From assembly GCA_001780775.1 (NCBI GenBank), contig MFIO01000001.1, positions 1 through 62,849 on the forward strand: 62,849 nt of DNA. The letters run 5' to 3'. This stretch comes from Candidatus Giovannonibacteria bacterium RIFCSPLOWO2_12_FULL_43_11c (GTDB taxonomy: Bacteria > Patescibacteriota > Minisyncoccia > JACPKW01 > UBA11713). Under the pieces are notes generated by a model, which worked only from the letters and a program-made list of their open reading frames with translations, did no database searches and was not told the DNA's origin. Both the position numbers and the translations under genes were made by a program. Position 1 is the stretch's first letter. Each line of letters begins with the position of its first letter. This document shows positions 34,556 through 43,847 of the stretch, in pieces.

Positions 34556-37064
34556 TGACTTTTTCAATCTCGGTTTTATTTTTAGCGTAGTCGTATATTA
34601 CGGCTGTTATTTTCATCTCTTGCCCGGGGGAGCCAATGATATCTACCGGGAACTCATAAGGCGCGATTTTGTAAGACCCGCCGTATTCAGAATTTATAAA
34701 GACATCCACTTGTTCAACTTGAAAGCGCGCTTCCGCGTTAACGGCGGCCGTTATTCTAGTGCCGCTCGGGAAACTGTCGCCCGAAGGATTTATCATTATC
34801 TCACCCCTCGGGGAATATTCGGAGGTATGAATATCATCATATTGCGTCGGGATTATATCATCGCTTCGGTCAAATAATCCGCGCGAGGCTGCCCATTCCC
34901 GAACGATTGTCTCCCAGTTTCTGAATTGAGAGTCGGCAGACGGATTTCCCGGAGGGGGTCCCAACGGATTATTTTTATCAACCCAATATAGGATGCTATG
35001 AATCTCTGGAACAACCCTTTTTTCCACAAGCTCGTCTGGCGTAAAATCCGTAGCTAGCTTGCCGGACATTTTATCTATTTTATAAACGCGTCCACCCCGC
35101 CATTCGCCGCGCAGAACAGCTTTATCCGGTTCCGGAATGGACGGTTTCTCAAAATTTTCGACGGGAAGATCATTAAATATCAAATGCATTGCAGAGTTCC
35201 ATATCGGGGCCACGATTAACCCCGCCACCTTTTTTTCCATTTTTGAGTTATCATTATTTCCAGCCCAAACGCCAATTACGATGTTTGGAGTATAGCCGAC
35301 TACCCACGTATCCCTAGTGTCCTCGGTTGTACCGGTTTTTACGGCAACTGGCCGCTCCGGAATGTAAAGCGCCGAATTTTCTCCAAAAGCCGGAGTTCTC
35401 GCGGCGTTATCCGAAAGTATGTCGGATATCTCTCGCGAGATATTAGGGTCGAGCGCTTGCGTTTTGTTTTCCGAATATTCTTCAAGCACGCTTCCATCAG
35501 CCGCCTCAACTTTTAATATGGGAGTGTAAGGAATATAGTAGCCGCCATTCGCGAAAGCCGAATACGCGTTTGCAAGCTCAAGCGGTTTTACTTCTCCGCC
35601 GCCCAAGACAAGGGTCAGGCCGTAGCGGTTTGGGTCATTTAGCGTTGTAATGCCTAAATTACGCGCCATTTTTAGCGAGTCGGTTAAACCCGCGAGGTAT
35701 AGAACTTTCACCCCGACCACGTTTACGGATTGCGCTAGCGCTTCCTTTAGGGAAATAGGGCCGCGAAATTTATTGTCAAAATTTTCTGGGTGATAGCATT
35801 TTTCCGGATCAACGCCTGGATCCGGAACGCTATAAGGAGAGCAAAAAGCGCTGAATTCAGTTTTTAAATCGAATAGCGCCGTGTTTGCCGTGTAGCCTTT
35901 TGTGAACGCGGTCGCGTATACGACAGGCTTAAATGAAGAACCCGGCTGTCTTGAGCGAATCGTCATATTTACTTGCGGGTCAAATTTGCAGTTTATTCCT
36001 GGAGCGCAGCCTTCTGGAAGGGGATTTGAGAAGTAATCGCGCGACCCGACCATGGCCATTATTTGGCCCGTCTTCGGGTCAATCGCGACAAGCCCAGCAT
36101 TATACGCGCTGAAGTTTTTTTCATTTTCGGCAGATCTGGTCCGTAATAAATCTTCAAATTTCTCTTGCCATTGCCAATTAACGGTTGTAGTAACCTTAAG
36201 TCCGCCACGCTCCACAACATCTTCTCCGTATTTTTCAACAAGATATTCTTTAACAAAAAGAGAAAAGTGCGGGGCTTTTATTCCTCCGACCGTTTTTCCG
36301 GAGAATTTAACCTGCTCCGCTTTCGCGCTTTCGTACTCCTCTTTCGTGATTCGGGTTTTATCAAAAAGCCGACTTAGAACTAGATTTTTGCGCGACTCAA
36401 GCTCATCTCGATGAGAGCCATAAGGGGAATAACGGGTTGGCGCCTGTAGCATTCCAGCAAGATATGCTGATTCGGCGATATTGAGATTCTCTGCGCGCTT
36501 ATCGAAATAGGTTTGGCTTGCCGCCTCAATGCCATACGCGTTTGATCCGAAGGGCACCTGGTTGAGATAAAAATTTAAAATCTCATCTTTGGAATATTTC
36601 AATTCGACTTTAACTGCCAACACCCATTCCTTTATTTTACGCATGAGAGTTTTTTCCGGAGTCAAGAAAGTATTTTTTACAAGCTGTTGAGTTATAGTTG
36701 ATCCGCCTTGTTTGAATTCCCCAGAGAAAATATTGACGAAAACAGCGCGTATTATGGACATCGGGCTTATCCCATAATGGCTATAGAAATTTTGGTCCTC
36801 CATCGCAATCACCGATTCCTTCAAATGGTTTGGAATTTTGTTGAAAGGAATCACGGTGCGCTTTATGTCTCCATGCACGTCATAAAAAAGAATTTCGCCA
36901 GCGCGATCATATATTTTTGTCGATTGAACTATATTTCTGGAATCCAGAGCTTCAAAATTTGGAACAGTTATCGCCGTAAACACGATACCGATTATAAAAA
37001 ATGCCGCAATCGCAGCCGTAGCTACCCATAAAAAAAACTTGCGTTTTCGCTTCATTCTTACCAT
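34536..37064 (-). CDS. Class A penicillin-binding protein (transglycosylase/transpeptidase) with a C-terminal extension
   Basis: 842 aa. Transglycosylase motifs are EDQNFYSHYGI and GGSTITQQLVKN. Transpeptidase motifs are SSFKP, SVN and KTGTT. Confidence 0.9.
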   Translation of the reverse strand: MVRMKRKRKFFLWVATAAIAAFFIIGIVFTAITVPNFEALDSRNIVQSTKIYDRAGEILFYDVHGDIKRTVIPFNKIPNHLKESVIAMEDQNFYSHYGISPMSIIRAVFVNIFSGEFKQGGSTITQQLVKNTFLTPEKTLMRKIKEWVLAVKVELKYSKDEILNFYLNQVPFGSNAYGIEAASQTYFDKRAENLNIAESAYLAGMLQAPTRYSPYGSHRDELESRKNLVLSRLFDKTRITKEEYESAKAEQVKFSGKTVGGIKAPHFSLFVKEYLVEKYGEDVVERGGLKVTTTVNWQWQEKFEDLLRTRSAENEKNFSAYNAGLVAIDPKTGQIMAMVGSRDYFSNPLPEGCAPGINCKFDPQVNMTIRSRQPGSSFKPVVYATAFTKGYTANTALFDLKTEFSAFCSPYSVPDPGVDPEKCYHPENFDNKFRGPISLKEALAQSVNVVGVKVLYLAGLTDSLKMARNLGITTLNDPNRYGLTLVLGGGEVKPLELANAYSAFANGGYYIPYTPILKVEAADGSVLEEYSENKTQALDPNISREISDILSDNAARTPAFGENSALYIPERPVAVKTGTTEDTRDTWVVGYTPNIVIGVWAGNNDNSKMEKKVAGLIVAPIWNSAMHLIFNDLPVENFEKPSIPEPDKAVLRGEWRGGRVYKIDKMSGKLATDFTPDELVEKRVVPEIHSILYWVDKNNPLGPPPGNPSADSQFRNWETIVREWAASRGLFDRSDDIIPTQYDDIHTSEYSPRGEIMINPSGDSFPSGTRITAAVNAEARFQVEQVDVFINSEYGGSYKIAPYEFPVDIIGSPGQEMKITAVIYDYAKNKTEIEKVIRVSEN

Positions 37065-37099
37065 AATCTATACTTTAAGGTATTCTATTATTATACGAT

Positions 37100-38275
37100 A
37101 TGAAAAAGATTTCAAATGAGGATATAAAAGGTATTTTAGAGAAAAACGTTGATGAAGTAATTGATCGTGCGAGCCTCGAGGAAAAACTCATATCTGGGAA
37201 AAAACTCCGAGTAAAGCTTGGCATAGACCCGACGAGCCCGAATATTCATATTGGCCGGGCGGTGGTTTTGCGAAAGCTCCGAGATTTTCAGAAATTAGGC
37301 CATACCGTCATTTTTATAGTCGGCGATTTTACAGGTCTCATTGGGGACACTTCTGATAAGGAATCAGAACGCCCTATGCTTACAGAAAAACAGGTCAAAG
37401 CGAACATGAAAACTTATTTTAAGCAAGCCTTCAAAATTCTGGATAAGAATAAAACTGAGACTCATTATAATTCCGAGTGGCTAAAGAAACTGGGATTTAA
37501 GGAAATCGCCTCGATCGCTGATCTGTTTGGCCTTCACGAGTTCGAAGCGCGGGAAGTGATTGCGAGGCGCCTGAAAGAAGGTAGGCGGGTTTCTCTTCGA
37601 GAAGTATTATATCCGTTAATGCAGGGGTATGATAGCGTTGCGGTTAAGGCTGATGTTGAAATAGGCGGGACAGATCAGCGTTTCAATCTTCTCTCCGGAC
37701 GTGTAATTCAACAGCGCTACGGACAGCAACCGCAGGATATATTAATGACGGCATTCCCGCTGGAGGGAACAGACGGGCGGAAAATGTCTTCTTCTTGGGG
37801 AAACGTAATTAATATTAACGACGAACCAAATAATATATTTGGAAAGGTTATGTCTATTCGCGATGACCTTATCGAAAAATATTACAAACTTGCCACGGAT
37901 TTGACGGATGATGAGATTGCTAGAAATATGAAAAAAGGGGCGCTTGGCGCGAAAAAGGAACTTGCATTCGAGATAACGAAACTATATCACGGTGAGAAAA
38001 AAGCACTCGTAGCACGGAAGTTTTTCAAAGAAACATTTCAAGAGAAAAAACTGCCGAGCGAGATCGAATCCATCAACTTCGAGCCAAAGGCTTCTATAAG
38101 CCAGATAATTGTAAAAAGCGGCGCTTGTCAGTCGATGTCAAAAGCGCGCGAACTCGTACGCCAAAAAGCCATAGAGCTAGATGGTAAAATTATTACAGAC
38201 CCGGCGTTCAAGCCGAATACTACAGGAATACTCAAAATCGGAAAGAAAAAATTCATAAAAATAGTGCTGAAATAA
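37100..38275 (+). CDS. tyrS: Tyrosine--tRNA ligase
   Basis: 391 aa with GIDPTSPNIHIGR (HIGH region), KMSSS (KMSKS) and a C-terminal S4-like domain. Confidence 0.85.
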   Translation: MKKISNEDIKGILEKNVDEVIDRASLEEKLISGKKLRVKLGIDPTSPNIHIGRAVVLRKLRDFQKLGHTVIFIVGDFTGLIGDTSDKESERPMLTEKQVKANMKTYFKQAFKILDKNKTETHYNSEWLKKLGFKEIASIADLFGLHEFEAREVIARRLKEGRRVSLREVLYPLMQGYDSVAVKADVEIGGTDQRFNLLSGRVIQQRYGQQPQDILMTAFPLEGTDGRKMSSSWGNVININDEPNNIFGKVMSIRDDLIEKYYKLATDLTDDEIARNMKKGALGAKKELAFEITKLYHGEKKALVARKFFKETFQEKKLPSEIESINFEPKASISQIIVKSGACQSMSKARELVRQKAIELDGKIITDPAFKPNTTGILKIGKKKFIKIVLK

Positions 38276-38308
38276 AAACAACCCCGACCGAGCGTTGGGG
38301 TTGTTTTT
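38276..38308. terminator. Bidirectional rho-independent terminator
   Basis: A 10-bp stem AAACAACCCC / GGGGTTGTTT with an 11-nt loop and T-runs on both strands. It sits between convergent tyrS and the small acidic ORF. Confidence 0.75.
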
Positions 38309-38310
38309 AT

Positions 38311-38436
38311 TTATACTTCTTCTTCCTCTTCTTCGTCTAGATCTTCCCAGGACTCCTCCGTATCATCCCCATCGTCAACCACATCATCGTTTTCATTGTC
38401 GTAGGAGTCGGAGAAATCAGCATTCCTCTTTTTCAT
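38311..38436 (-). CDS. Possible 41-aa highly acidic micro-protein
   Basis: Manual translation gives MKKRNADFSDSYDNENDDVVDDGDDTEESWEDLDEEEEEEV. It lies downstream of ruvC and ends at the terminator. No clear Shine-Dalgarno. Confidence 0.3.
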   Translation of the reverse strand: MKKRNADFSDSYDNENDDVVDDGDDTEESWEDLDEEEEEEV

Positions 38437-38502
38437 GAATTTTAAGATTTTTTATGCGACCTTTAAGGTCTTTATAATAATCTCCTTTGAAAATAACCGG
38501 TC

Positions 38503-38988
38503 TTACCGCGTTTGCAAAGCCCCGCTGTGGATAACGCCGCAGCAGGCTATCGCGATCGCGTCAGTTTCATCATCCAAAAATTTTCTATCCGGCAGGGACA
38601 CCGTCAATTTCAGCATATTATAAACGCTTCTTTTATCAGCTCCCCCGTATCCCGCGATAGACAACTTGATTTCCGCTGGGCCGAACTCGAGTAATTTAAG
38701 ATTATGTTTAGCCGATAACATAAGAACTATTCCTCTGACCTCGCCGATAATCAAAGCCGTCTTAACGTTTTTAGAGAAAAATACTTTTTCAACGGAAAGA
38801 ATATCAGGCTTTTCTTTTTTAATGAGTTCTTCAAGGAAGTTATTTATGTCTAAAAGGCGCTCCTTTGTCGGCTTTGATTTCAGAGTTTTTTTTACTCCAG
38901 AGACTATATATTTAGATTTTTTCCGCTCGCCCAGAACCAACGCCCAGCCCAATCTCTCAATCCCCGGATCAATTCCCAAGACTTTCAT
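38503..38988 (-). CDS. ruvC: Holliday junction resolvase RuvC
   Basis: MKVLGIDPGIERLGWALV...EVFFSKN...DETDAIAIA. The start was set to the ATG at 38988. The longer track ORF overlaps yebC. Confidence 0.85.
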   Translation of the reverse strand: MKVLGIDPGIERLGWALVLGERKKSKYIVSGVKKTLKSKPTKERLLDINNFLEELIKKEKPDILSVEKVFFSKNVKTALIIGEVRGIVLMLSAKHNLKLLEFGPAEIKLSIAGYGGADKRSVYNMLKLTVSLPDRKFLDDETDAIAIACCGVIHSGALQTR

Positions 38989-39526
38989 TTGAATCAAAAA
39001 TATTTGAGTAAACATTTTCGACTTCGTCTTGTTCGGACAGCGCTTCAAGAAGATTTTCAAATTTTTTTTGATCTTCGGGGGAGAGTTGTTGTGGAAATTT
39101 TGCCTTAAACTCTTCGCCGGCATGATCAAAAGCCCACATCGCGGATCCTTCCACGCCAAGTTTCCCGTCGTGAAGCGAGAGAATGTGTTTAATTTCGTTT
39201 GTCGTTCGGTTGGAATTGTCGGTGACGGCAGTAATAATGAGAGCCGAGCCGCCCGGGCCGAAAGCTTCGTATACGACTTCTTTTAAATCCAGCCCTTCTT
39301 TTTCGCTCGCCCTTTTAATCGCACGTTCGATATTTTCCTTTGGCAGATTTTCTTTCTTGGCCTCCTCGATCGCTTGAGCAAGCCGCGGATTGGTTTTGGG
39401 ATCGGGACCCCTCTCCATCGCCGCGATAGTCAGCATTTTAGAAAGTCGTGAGAAAAGTTTCCCTTTCTTTGCGTCCAAAGCCGCTTTCTTATGTTTTATT
39501 TGCGCCCAACGAGAGTGACCCGACAT
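38969..39526 (-). CDS. yebC: YebC/PmpR-family transcriptional regulator (short)
   Basis: MSGHSRWAQIKHKKAALDAKKGKLFSRL... is the family N-terminus. Confidence 0.85.
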   Translation of the reverse strand: MSGHSRWAQIKHKKAALDAKKGKLFSRLSKMLTIAAMERGPDPKTNPRLAQAIEEAKKENLPKENIERAIKRASEKEGLDLKEVVYEAFGPGGSALIITAVTDNSNRTTNEIKHILSLHDGKLGVEGSAMWAFDHAGEEFKAKFPQQLSPEDQKKFENLLEALSEQDEVENVYSNIFDSNESLGN

Positions 39527-39529
39527 TTT

Positions 39530-40000
39530 TTATGGATTACCTCCTTGTTTAGTATTTTTTAATATCAGATCCCGCGCGATATGCGGATATGGGACTTCGC
39601 TTATTGAAAAACTAACTTCCCCGGCGGTCTGTATTTTAATGTTTCCATAGTGGAAAAACGTCGCCACGAAATTTGGAACTTCGATTGTGACATCTTGAAC
39701 CCTTTCCATTCTGAATTCAGATACAGTGTGCCGGAAAAGCCCAACTTGGTCTATATCCAAGACCCTTTTATTGGTAATAACAAGTGCGTCAAGATAATAA
39801 TCTATCCAAAAACCGAAAGCCATCATGAGAGTAATTAGGTACCATATTAAAAGCGCGAAGTAAAAAAATGGAGTGAGTAGCGATATGAAAGCCCACGGGA
39901 TTATTAAAGAGAAAAGGACGATAAAAAATGGACCAACTAGCGTTATCCAATGGTGATGCATTATTAGTAGAACTTTTTCTTCCGGATCGAGATTGAGCAT
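39530..40000 (-). CDS. Membrane protein with a bacterial PH (bPH_2/YdbT-like) domain
   Basis: 156 aa with two TM helices followed by VITNKRVLDIDQVGLFRHTVSEFRMERVQDV. Confidence 0.6.
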   Translation of the reverse strand: MLNLDPEEKVLLIMHHHWITLVGPFFIVLFSLIIPWAFISLLTPFFYFALLIWYLITLMMAFGFWIDYYLDALVITNKRVLDIDQVGLFRHTVSEFRMERVQDVTIEVPNFVATFFHYGNIKIQTAGEVSFSISEVPYPHIARDLILKNTKQGGNP

Positions 40001-40243
40001 TTATATGGAGATATTGTTAATAGGCGGGGTTATTTGAAAAGCCTTTAGCGCACTTGCCCAATCTATCTGCAAGTAGAAGAAAATAGATAACAGGCCTAAA
40101 AAAATCGCCGCTATTATAAAAATAACGCTTACGATATTGGCTTTTCTGGAAAAAGCGTACACGTTAAGATGCCAAACAACCGCGGAAAAAAGGGCCGCGT
40201 AAGCCAACAAAAATAAAATTAATAGTGCCAGGCCCAATGTCAT
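40001..40243 (-). CDS. Hypothetical small membrane protein
   Basis: 80 aa with two TM helices. An ATGA overlap links it to ruvB. Confidence 0.5.
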   Translation of the reverse strand: MTLGLALLILFLLAYAALFSAVVWHLNVYAFSRKANIVSVIFIIAAIFLGLLSIFFYLQIDWASALKAFQITPPINNISI

Positions 40244-41253
40244 GATAAAAATGTGCTTTGCCCAGTGAAATTACGGCCCAGGTGTTCGTAAGCGCGCCTG
40301 GTAGCTATTCGTCCGCGCGGCGTTCTCTCGACGAATCCAGATCGCATCAAATACGGCTCGTACACTTCCTCTATGGTTTCTTTTTCCTCGGAGGTCGCCG
40401 CCGCGAGAGTCTGGAGTCCAACGGGTCCGCCACCGAACTTGGAAATTATAGTTTCAAGGATCATCCGATCAGTTGATTCAAGTCCGACCGGATCTATTTC
40501 AAGAAGGTCGAGTGCCATTAGGGCAAGCTCGCCGGTTATAGAGTTTGATTTTTCGACTTGAGAGAAATCCCTGCAGCGCTTTAGGAGTCGGTTCGCGACG
40601 CGGGGCGTGAAGCGCGATCTCTTCGCAATCTCAATTGTAGCCCCTTCATCAATATTTATTCCGAGTATTTTAGCAGATCTGGCGATGATTTTCTTAATCT
40701 CATCTTCCGTATAAAAATCGAGCCGGTAAGTTCCTCCTGAAAATCTTGAGCGCAAGGGTGAGGAGAGAAGCGCTATTCTTGTCGTCGCCGCGATAAGCGT
40801 AAACGGAGGGAGCTCGAGCTGTATGGTTCTAGCAGATGGCCCCTTGCCGATAATTATATCCAGCGATCGCGATTCAAGCGCCGGATACAAAATTTCTTCT
40901 ATTAATTTATTCAGCCTGTGGGCTTCGTCAATGAAAAGAATATCGCCGGCAGAAAGGTTGGTTAATATCGAAGCGAGATCGCCGACTTTTTCGATCGCCG
41001 GTCCGGAAGTCACTTTAACCTGCGCTTTAAGCTCGCGCGAAATCAAGTGTGCGAGAGTAGTCTTCCCAAGCCCCGGCGGGCCGTAGAAAAGTAAGTGTTC
41101 AATCGGCTCGCCACGCTCTTGCGCCGCCTGAATTAGTATCTTTAGATTCTTTTTAATAAGTTCCTGCCCTATATATTCATCCCAACTCTTGGGACGAAGG
41201 GTTTGGTCGAGCGAGCGGTCATCTTGTTGAAATTTTGTGTCTGTTATAGCCAC
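40240..41253 (-). CDS. ruvB: Holliday junction branch migration helicase RuvB
   Basis: GTG start, with [28 protein letters not shown] and RTPRGR. Confidence 0.95.
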   Translation of the reverse strand: MAITDTKFQQDDRSLDQTLRPKSWDEYIGQELIKKNLKILIQAAQERGEPIEHLLFYGPPGLGKTTLAHLISRELKAQVKVTSGPAIEKVGDLASILTNLSAGDILFIDEAHRLNKLIEEILYPALESRSLDIIIGKGPSARTIQLELPPFTLIAATTRIALLSSPLRSRFSGGTYRLDFYTEDEIKKIIARSAKILGINIDEGATIEIAKRSRFTPRVANRLLKRCRDFSQVEKSNSITGELALMALDLLEIDPVGLESTDRMILETIISKFGGGPVGLQTLAAATSEEKETIEEVYEPYLMRSGFVERTPRGRIATRRAYEHLGRNFTGQSTFLS

Positions 41254-41442
41254 TATTGACTTTTTATTGATTATCTGCTAAACTTATAGCCAGAGTTTTG
41301 ACCTTGAGTCTCTAGGCGGATTAGGAGTTTTATCGGAAGGACGGCCTTGTTGCTCGCCTCGGCGGGATTTACTGGAGCCGCTCCTCGGAATTTCTCTGAA
41401 CTCACCCTACCCATAGTATGAGACTTGCCTAGAGGCTCGTGG

Positions 41443-43113
41443 TCAGGACCCTACTACTCTTTCTAACTCTTCGGGCGTTGTTACACCAGAGAGTAACTTT
41501 ATAATTCCATCCTGTTTCATAGTCAGCATCCCTTGCTTTATCGCGGCTTGGCGCAGTGCAGATTCGGAGGGCTCGGTCAGAATCATTTTCTCTATATTAT
41601 CGTCAAATTCAAAGCCTTCAAAAACTCCTATCCGTCCTTTGTACCCCGTCCCTCCGCATTCATCGCACCCAACGGCGGCAAAATATTCCGCCGTTTTTAA
41701 ATCAGGCTTCTCGATTCCTGAAGGAAATTTATCCATCTCCGCTTTTATTTTTTTAAGATCATCCGTGCTTGGCTCGACCCGCTTTTTGCAGGCCTTGCAA
41801 AGTTTTCGCACAAGCCTTTGAGCCATAGCCATATTTATCGCGGGCGCTATTATGTTTGGCTTGACCCCCATATCTATCAATCGGGGGACGGTTCCTGGCG
41901 CATCGTTTGTGTGCAAGGTTGAGAAGACAAGATGTCCGGTCAGCGCGGCGTGCATCGCTATCTCGGCCGTTTCGAAATCGCGGATTTCGCCCACGAGTAT
42001 AATGTCGGGGTCTTGGCGCAAAATCGCGCGGAGCCCATTTGAAAAATCATATCCTTTCTCCGGATCGACTTGTGTTTGCGTGACCGATGGCAGATGGTAT
42101 TCTATCGGGTCTTCTATCGTTATTATTTCAATGCCCGGTTCGTTTACAGTTTTAACGAAGGCGTAAAGCGTTGTTGTTTTGCCGGATCCCGTTGGTCCAG
42201 TAGTCAAAATCATTCCATTTGGCTTATCGAGCTGTTTTTGTATTATCGCGTAGAAATGGGGATTCATTCCCAAGTCTTCGAGTTTGAGCGCGATTGTTTT
42301 CGGGTGAAGTATTCTCAAAGTGACCGCCTCTCCGTTCGGGCCGGGAAGCGTTGCGGTCCTAACTTCAATATCAGTATCTCGCGTCCTGATTGTAAACCTT
42401 CCGTCCTGCGCCTTATCTTTAATATTTAGTTTCAGTTCCGATATCAATTTTACTCTGGACAAGAGCATTTTATATATTTTCTGCGGAAAAGAAACCGCTT
42501 CTTGAAGGACGCCGTCCATTCTGTACCGGACTACGACATTAACTTCCGCGGGCTCAATATGTATATCGGATGCGTCGAGAGAAAGCGCTCCCGCAATTAT
42601 CATCTCCAGCACTTCCGAAACTTTCCTTGTTTCTTCAGTTTCCCCTATTCCCAGAAGCAGAGTTTTAAGATCGGATATTTTTTTTACTTTAGTTTGGAAT
42701 TCATCGAGCCGCTTTTGCGAGACGGCGACCATCGCGGATTTGATTTCCTCGAACGCGGGAAGTTCGGCATATCTTGAAAATGCTTTCTCAAGGCTTTTCG
42801 GCGAGACCAAAAAAAGCTCCAATTCAAATCTTTTATTTTTAAGATCTTCGATTATCTGTTTGGTTTTCAAAATCTCGGGGTTGACGAGTGCTACGGATAT
42901 TTTTTTGCCGACGGATTGAAAGACGACTATTTTCCCGTCCCTCGCATCCTTTTCGGAAATTAGTTTAAGGGAATCGAGATCAATTGTAATCGAGGTCAAA
43001 TCCAAATAGGGAAGCCCGCGTTTTTTGGCCATAACTTGGGCTAATTCTTCCTCTTCTTTGTCCCTAAGTTCGGCAAATCTGCTCTTTCCTTTTGATTCTT
43101 CAAAGTCAGCCAT
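41443..43113 (-). CDS. pilB: GspE/PilB-family type IV pilus / type II secretion assembly ATPase
   Basis: 556 aa with Walker A TGPTGSGKTTT, ILVGEIRD, the His box LVFSTLHTN and a tetracysteine CKACKK...CDECGGTG. Confidence 0.85.
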   Translation of the reverse strand: MADFEESKGKSRFAELRDKEEEELAQVMAKKRGLPYLDLTSITIDLDSLKLISEKDARDGKIVVFQSVGKKISVALVNPEILKTKQIIEDLKNKRFELELFLVSPKSLEKAFSRYAELPAFEEIKSAMVAVSQKRLDEFQTKVKKISDLKTLLLGIGETEETRKVSEVLEMIIAGALSLDASDIHIEPAEVNVVVRYRMDGVLQEAVSFPQKIYKMLLSRVKLISELKLNIKDKAQDGRFTIRTRDTDIEVRTATLPGPNGEAVTLRILHPKTIALKLEDLGMNPHFYAIIQKQLDKPNGMILTTGPTGSGKTTTLYAFVKTVNEPGIEIITIEDPIEYHLPSVTQTQVDPEKGYDFSNGLRAILRQDPDIILVGEIRDFETAEIAMHAALTGHLVFSTLHTNDAPGTVPRLIDMGVKPNIIAPAINMAMAQRLVRKLCKACKKRVEPSTDDLKKIKAEMDKFPSGIEKPDLKTAEYFAAVGCDECGGTGYKGRIGVFEGFEFDDNIEKMILTEPSESALRQAAIKQGMLTMKQDGIIKLLSGVTTPEELERVVGS

Positions 43114-43126
43114 ATCGCCTAATTTT

Positions 43127-43169
43127 ACCCCGTTAGAAGCAACAAATCGAATTTAGCTTCTAACGGGGT
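43127..43169 (-). promoter_or_regulatory. 14-bp hairpin in the putative pilB 5' leader
   Basis: ACCCCGTTAGAAGC (43127-43140) pairs with GCTTCTAACGGGGT (43156-43169), 14 nt upstream of the pilB ATG. An adjacent GGGGTTTACCCC offers an alternative pairing. Confidence 0.3.
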
Positions 43170-43214
43170 TTACCCCTTATTTCGTGGAGGTTTTTGCGAC
43201 TTCCCCAAAAAGGC

Positions 43215-43243
43215 TTGCTTTTTTTATTTGCCTATGATATAAT
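43215..43243 (+). promoter_or_regulatory. Sigma70-type promoter for 43271..43744
   Basis: TTGCTT (43215-43220), a 17-nt spacer, then TATAAT (43238-43243). An AGGAGG Shine-Dalgarno follows at 43261-43266. Confidence 0.5.
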
Positions 43244-43270
43244 ATAGAAAATTTGACAGTAGGAGGTTAT

Positions 43271-43744
43271 ATGAAAAAAGGGATGTTTTTTGGATTGGTG
43301 GCGGTTTTGCTAGCAGCAGGGTTCTCGGCGGAGGTTTTTGCCGGTGGCGGACATCGTGGCGGCAGCAACCCCGGCTGGCACGGTAATCGCGGTCGTGTGG
43401 TTGTTGTTCAGCGGCGTGGCGGAAACAGTGGTCTGCGAGATCTCGGAATCCTCGGATTGGGGGTCGGTGGAGGAATTCTCCTCGACCGATATGTTCTGCG
43501 ACCGGATCCGTACTATCCGATTTACGGACCTACTGCTCGACCAGTTTATGGCCCGGCTTATCCACGAGCTTACGGCTCTCGCTACGATCTCCCCTCATGT
43601 GCCGACCTCCCTACGGATGTTGAGCAAGATCGCTGTGAGAAAGCTCAACAACGGGCAGCCGAGCGCGAGCAAGAGAGAATCGTTCGCGAGAGACTCCGTA
43701 ACGCAGAGCGCCTCGGCGAGGAGCTAGGGCGCAGCCGCTACTGA
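43271..43744 (+). CDS. Hypothetical secreted Gly/Arg/Pro/Tyr-rich protein (GC-rich gene)
   Basis: Signal peptide MKKGMFFGLVAVLLAAGFSAEVFA, then GGGHRGGSNPGWHGNRGR... and a charged helical C-terminus. Strong Shine-Dalgarno. A 100-nt hand count (43321-43420) gives about 66% GC. Confidence 0.6.
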   Translation: MKKGMFFGLVAVLLAAGFSAEVFAGGGHRGGSNPGWHGNRGRVVVVQRRGGNSGLRDLGILGLGVGGGILLDRYVLRPDPYYPIYGPTARPVYGPAYPRAYGSRYDLPSCADLPTDVEQDRCEKAQQRAAEREQERIVRERLRNAERLGEELGRSRY

Positions 43745-43794
43745 ACCACCCCACGTTCTTTTCCCACCAAAATTCGCACATTCGTGCACAACTT

Positions 43795-43830
43795 CGGCGC
43801 TAGGATTCCTCATCCGGCGCCGTTTTTATT
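43795..43830 (+). terminator. Rho-independent terminator
   Basis: CGGCGC-ta-GGAT-tcctc-ATCC-g-GCGCCG followed by TTTTTATTT. Confidence 0.65.
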
Positions 43831-43847
43831 TATGCTAAACTTTTAAT

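Noticed and set aside
34530-34877. 115-aa + strand ORF
   Set aside because: It is antisense to the C-terminal part of the class A PBP gene. It has no motif and no Shine-Dalgarno.
41254-41442. Small SRP (4.5S) RNA in the pilB-ruvB spacer
   Set aside because: A CGGAAGG tetraloop-like string is present, but the conserved AGCAGCC / helix-8 internal-loop motifs are not. The apical region is also too large. It is kept only as an unclassified structured spacer.
43338-43727. 129-aa alternative-frame ORF inside 43271..43744
   Set aside because: Open alternative frames are expected in about 66% GC DNA. The frame chosen has a signal peptide, Shine-Dalgarno, promoter and terminator.
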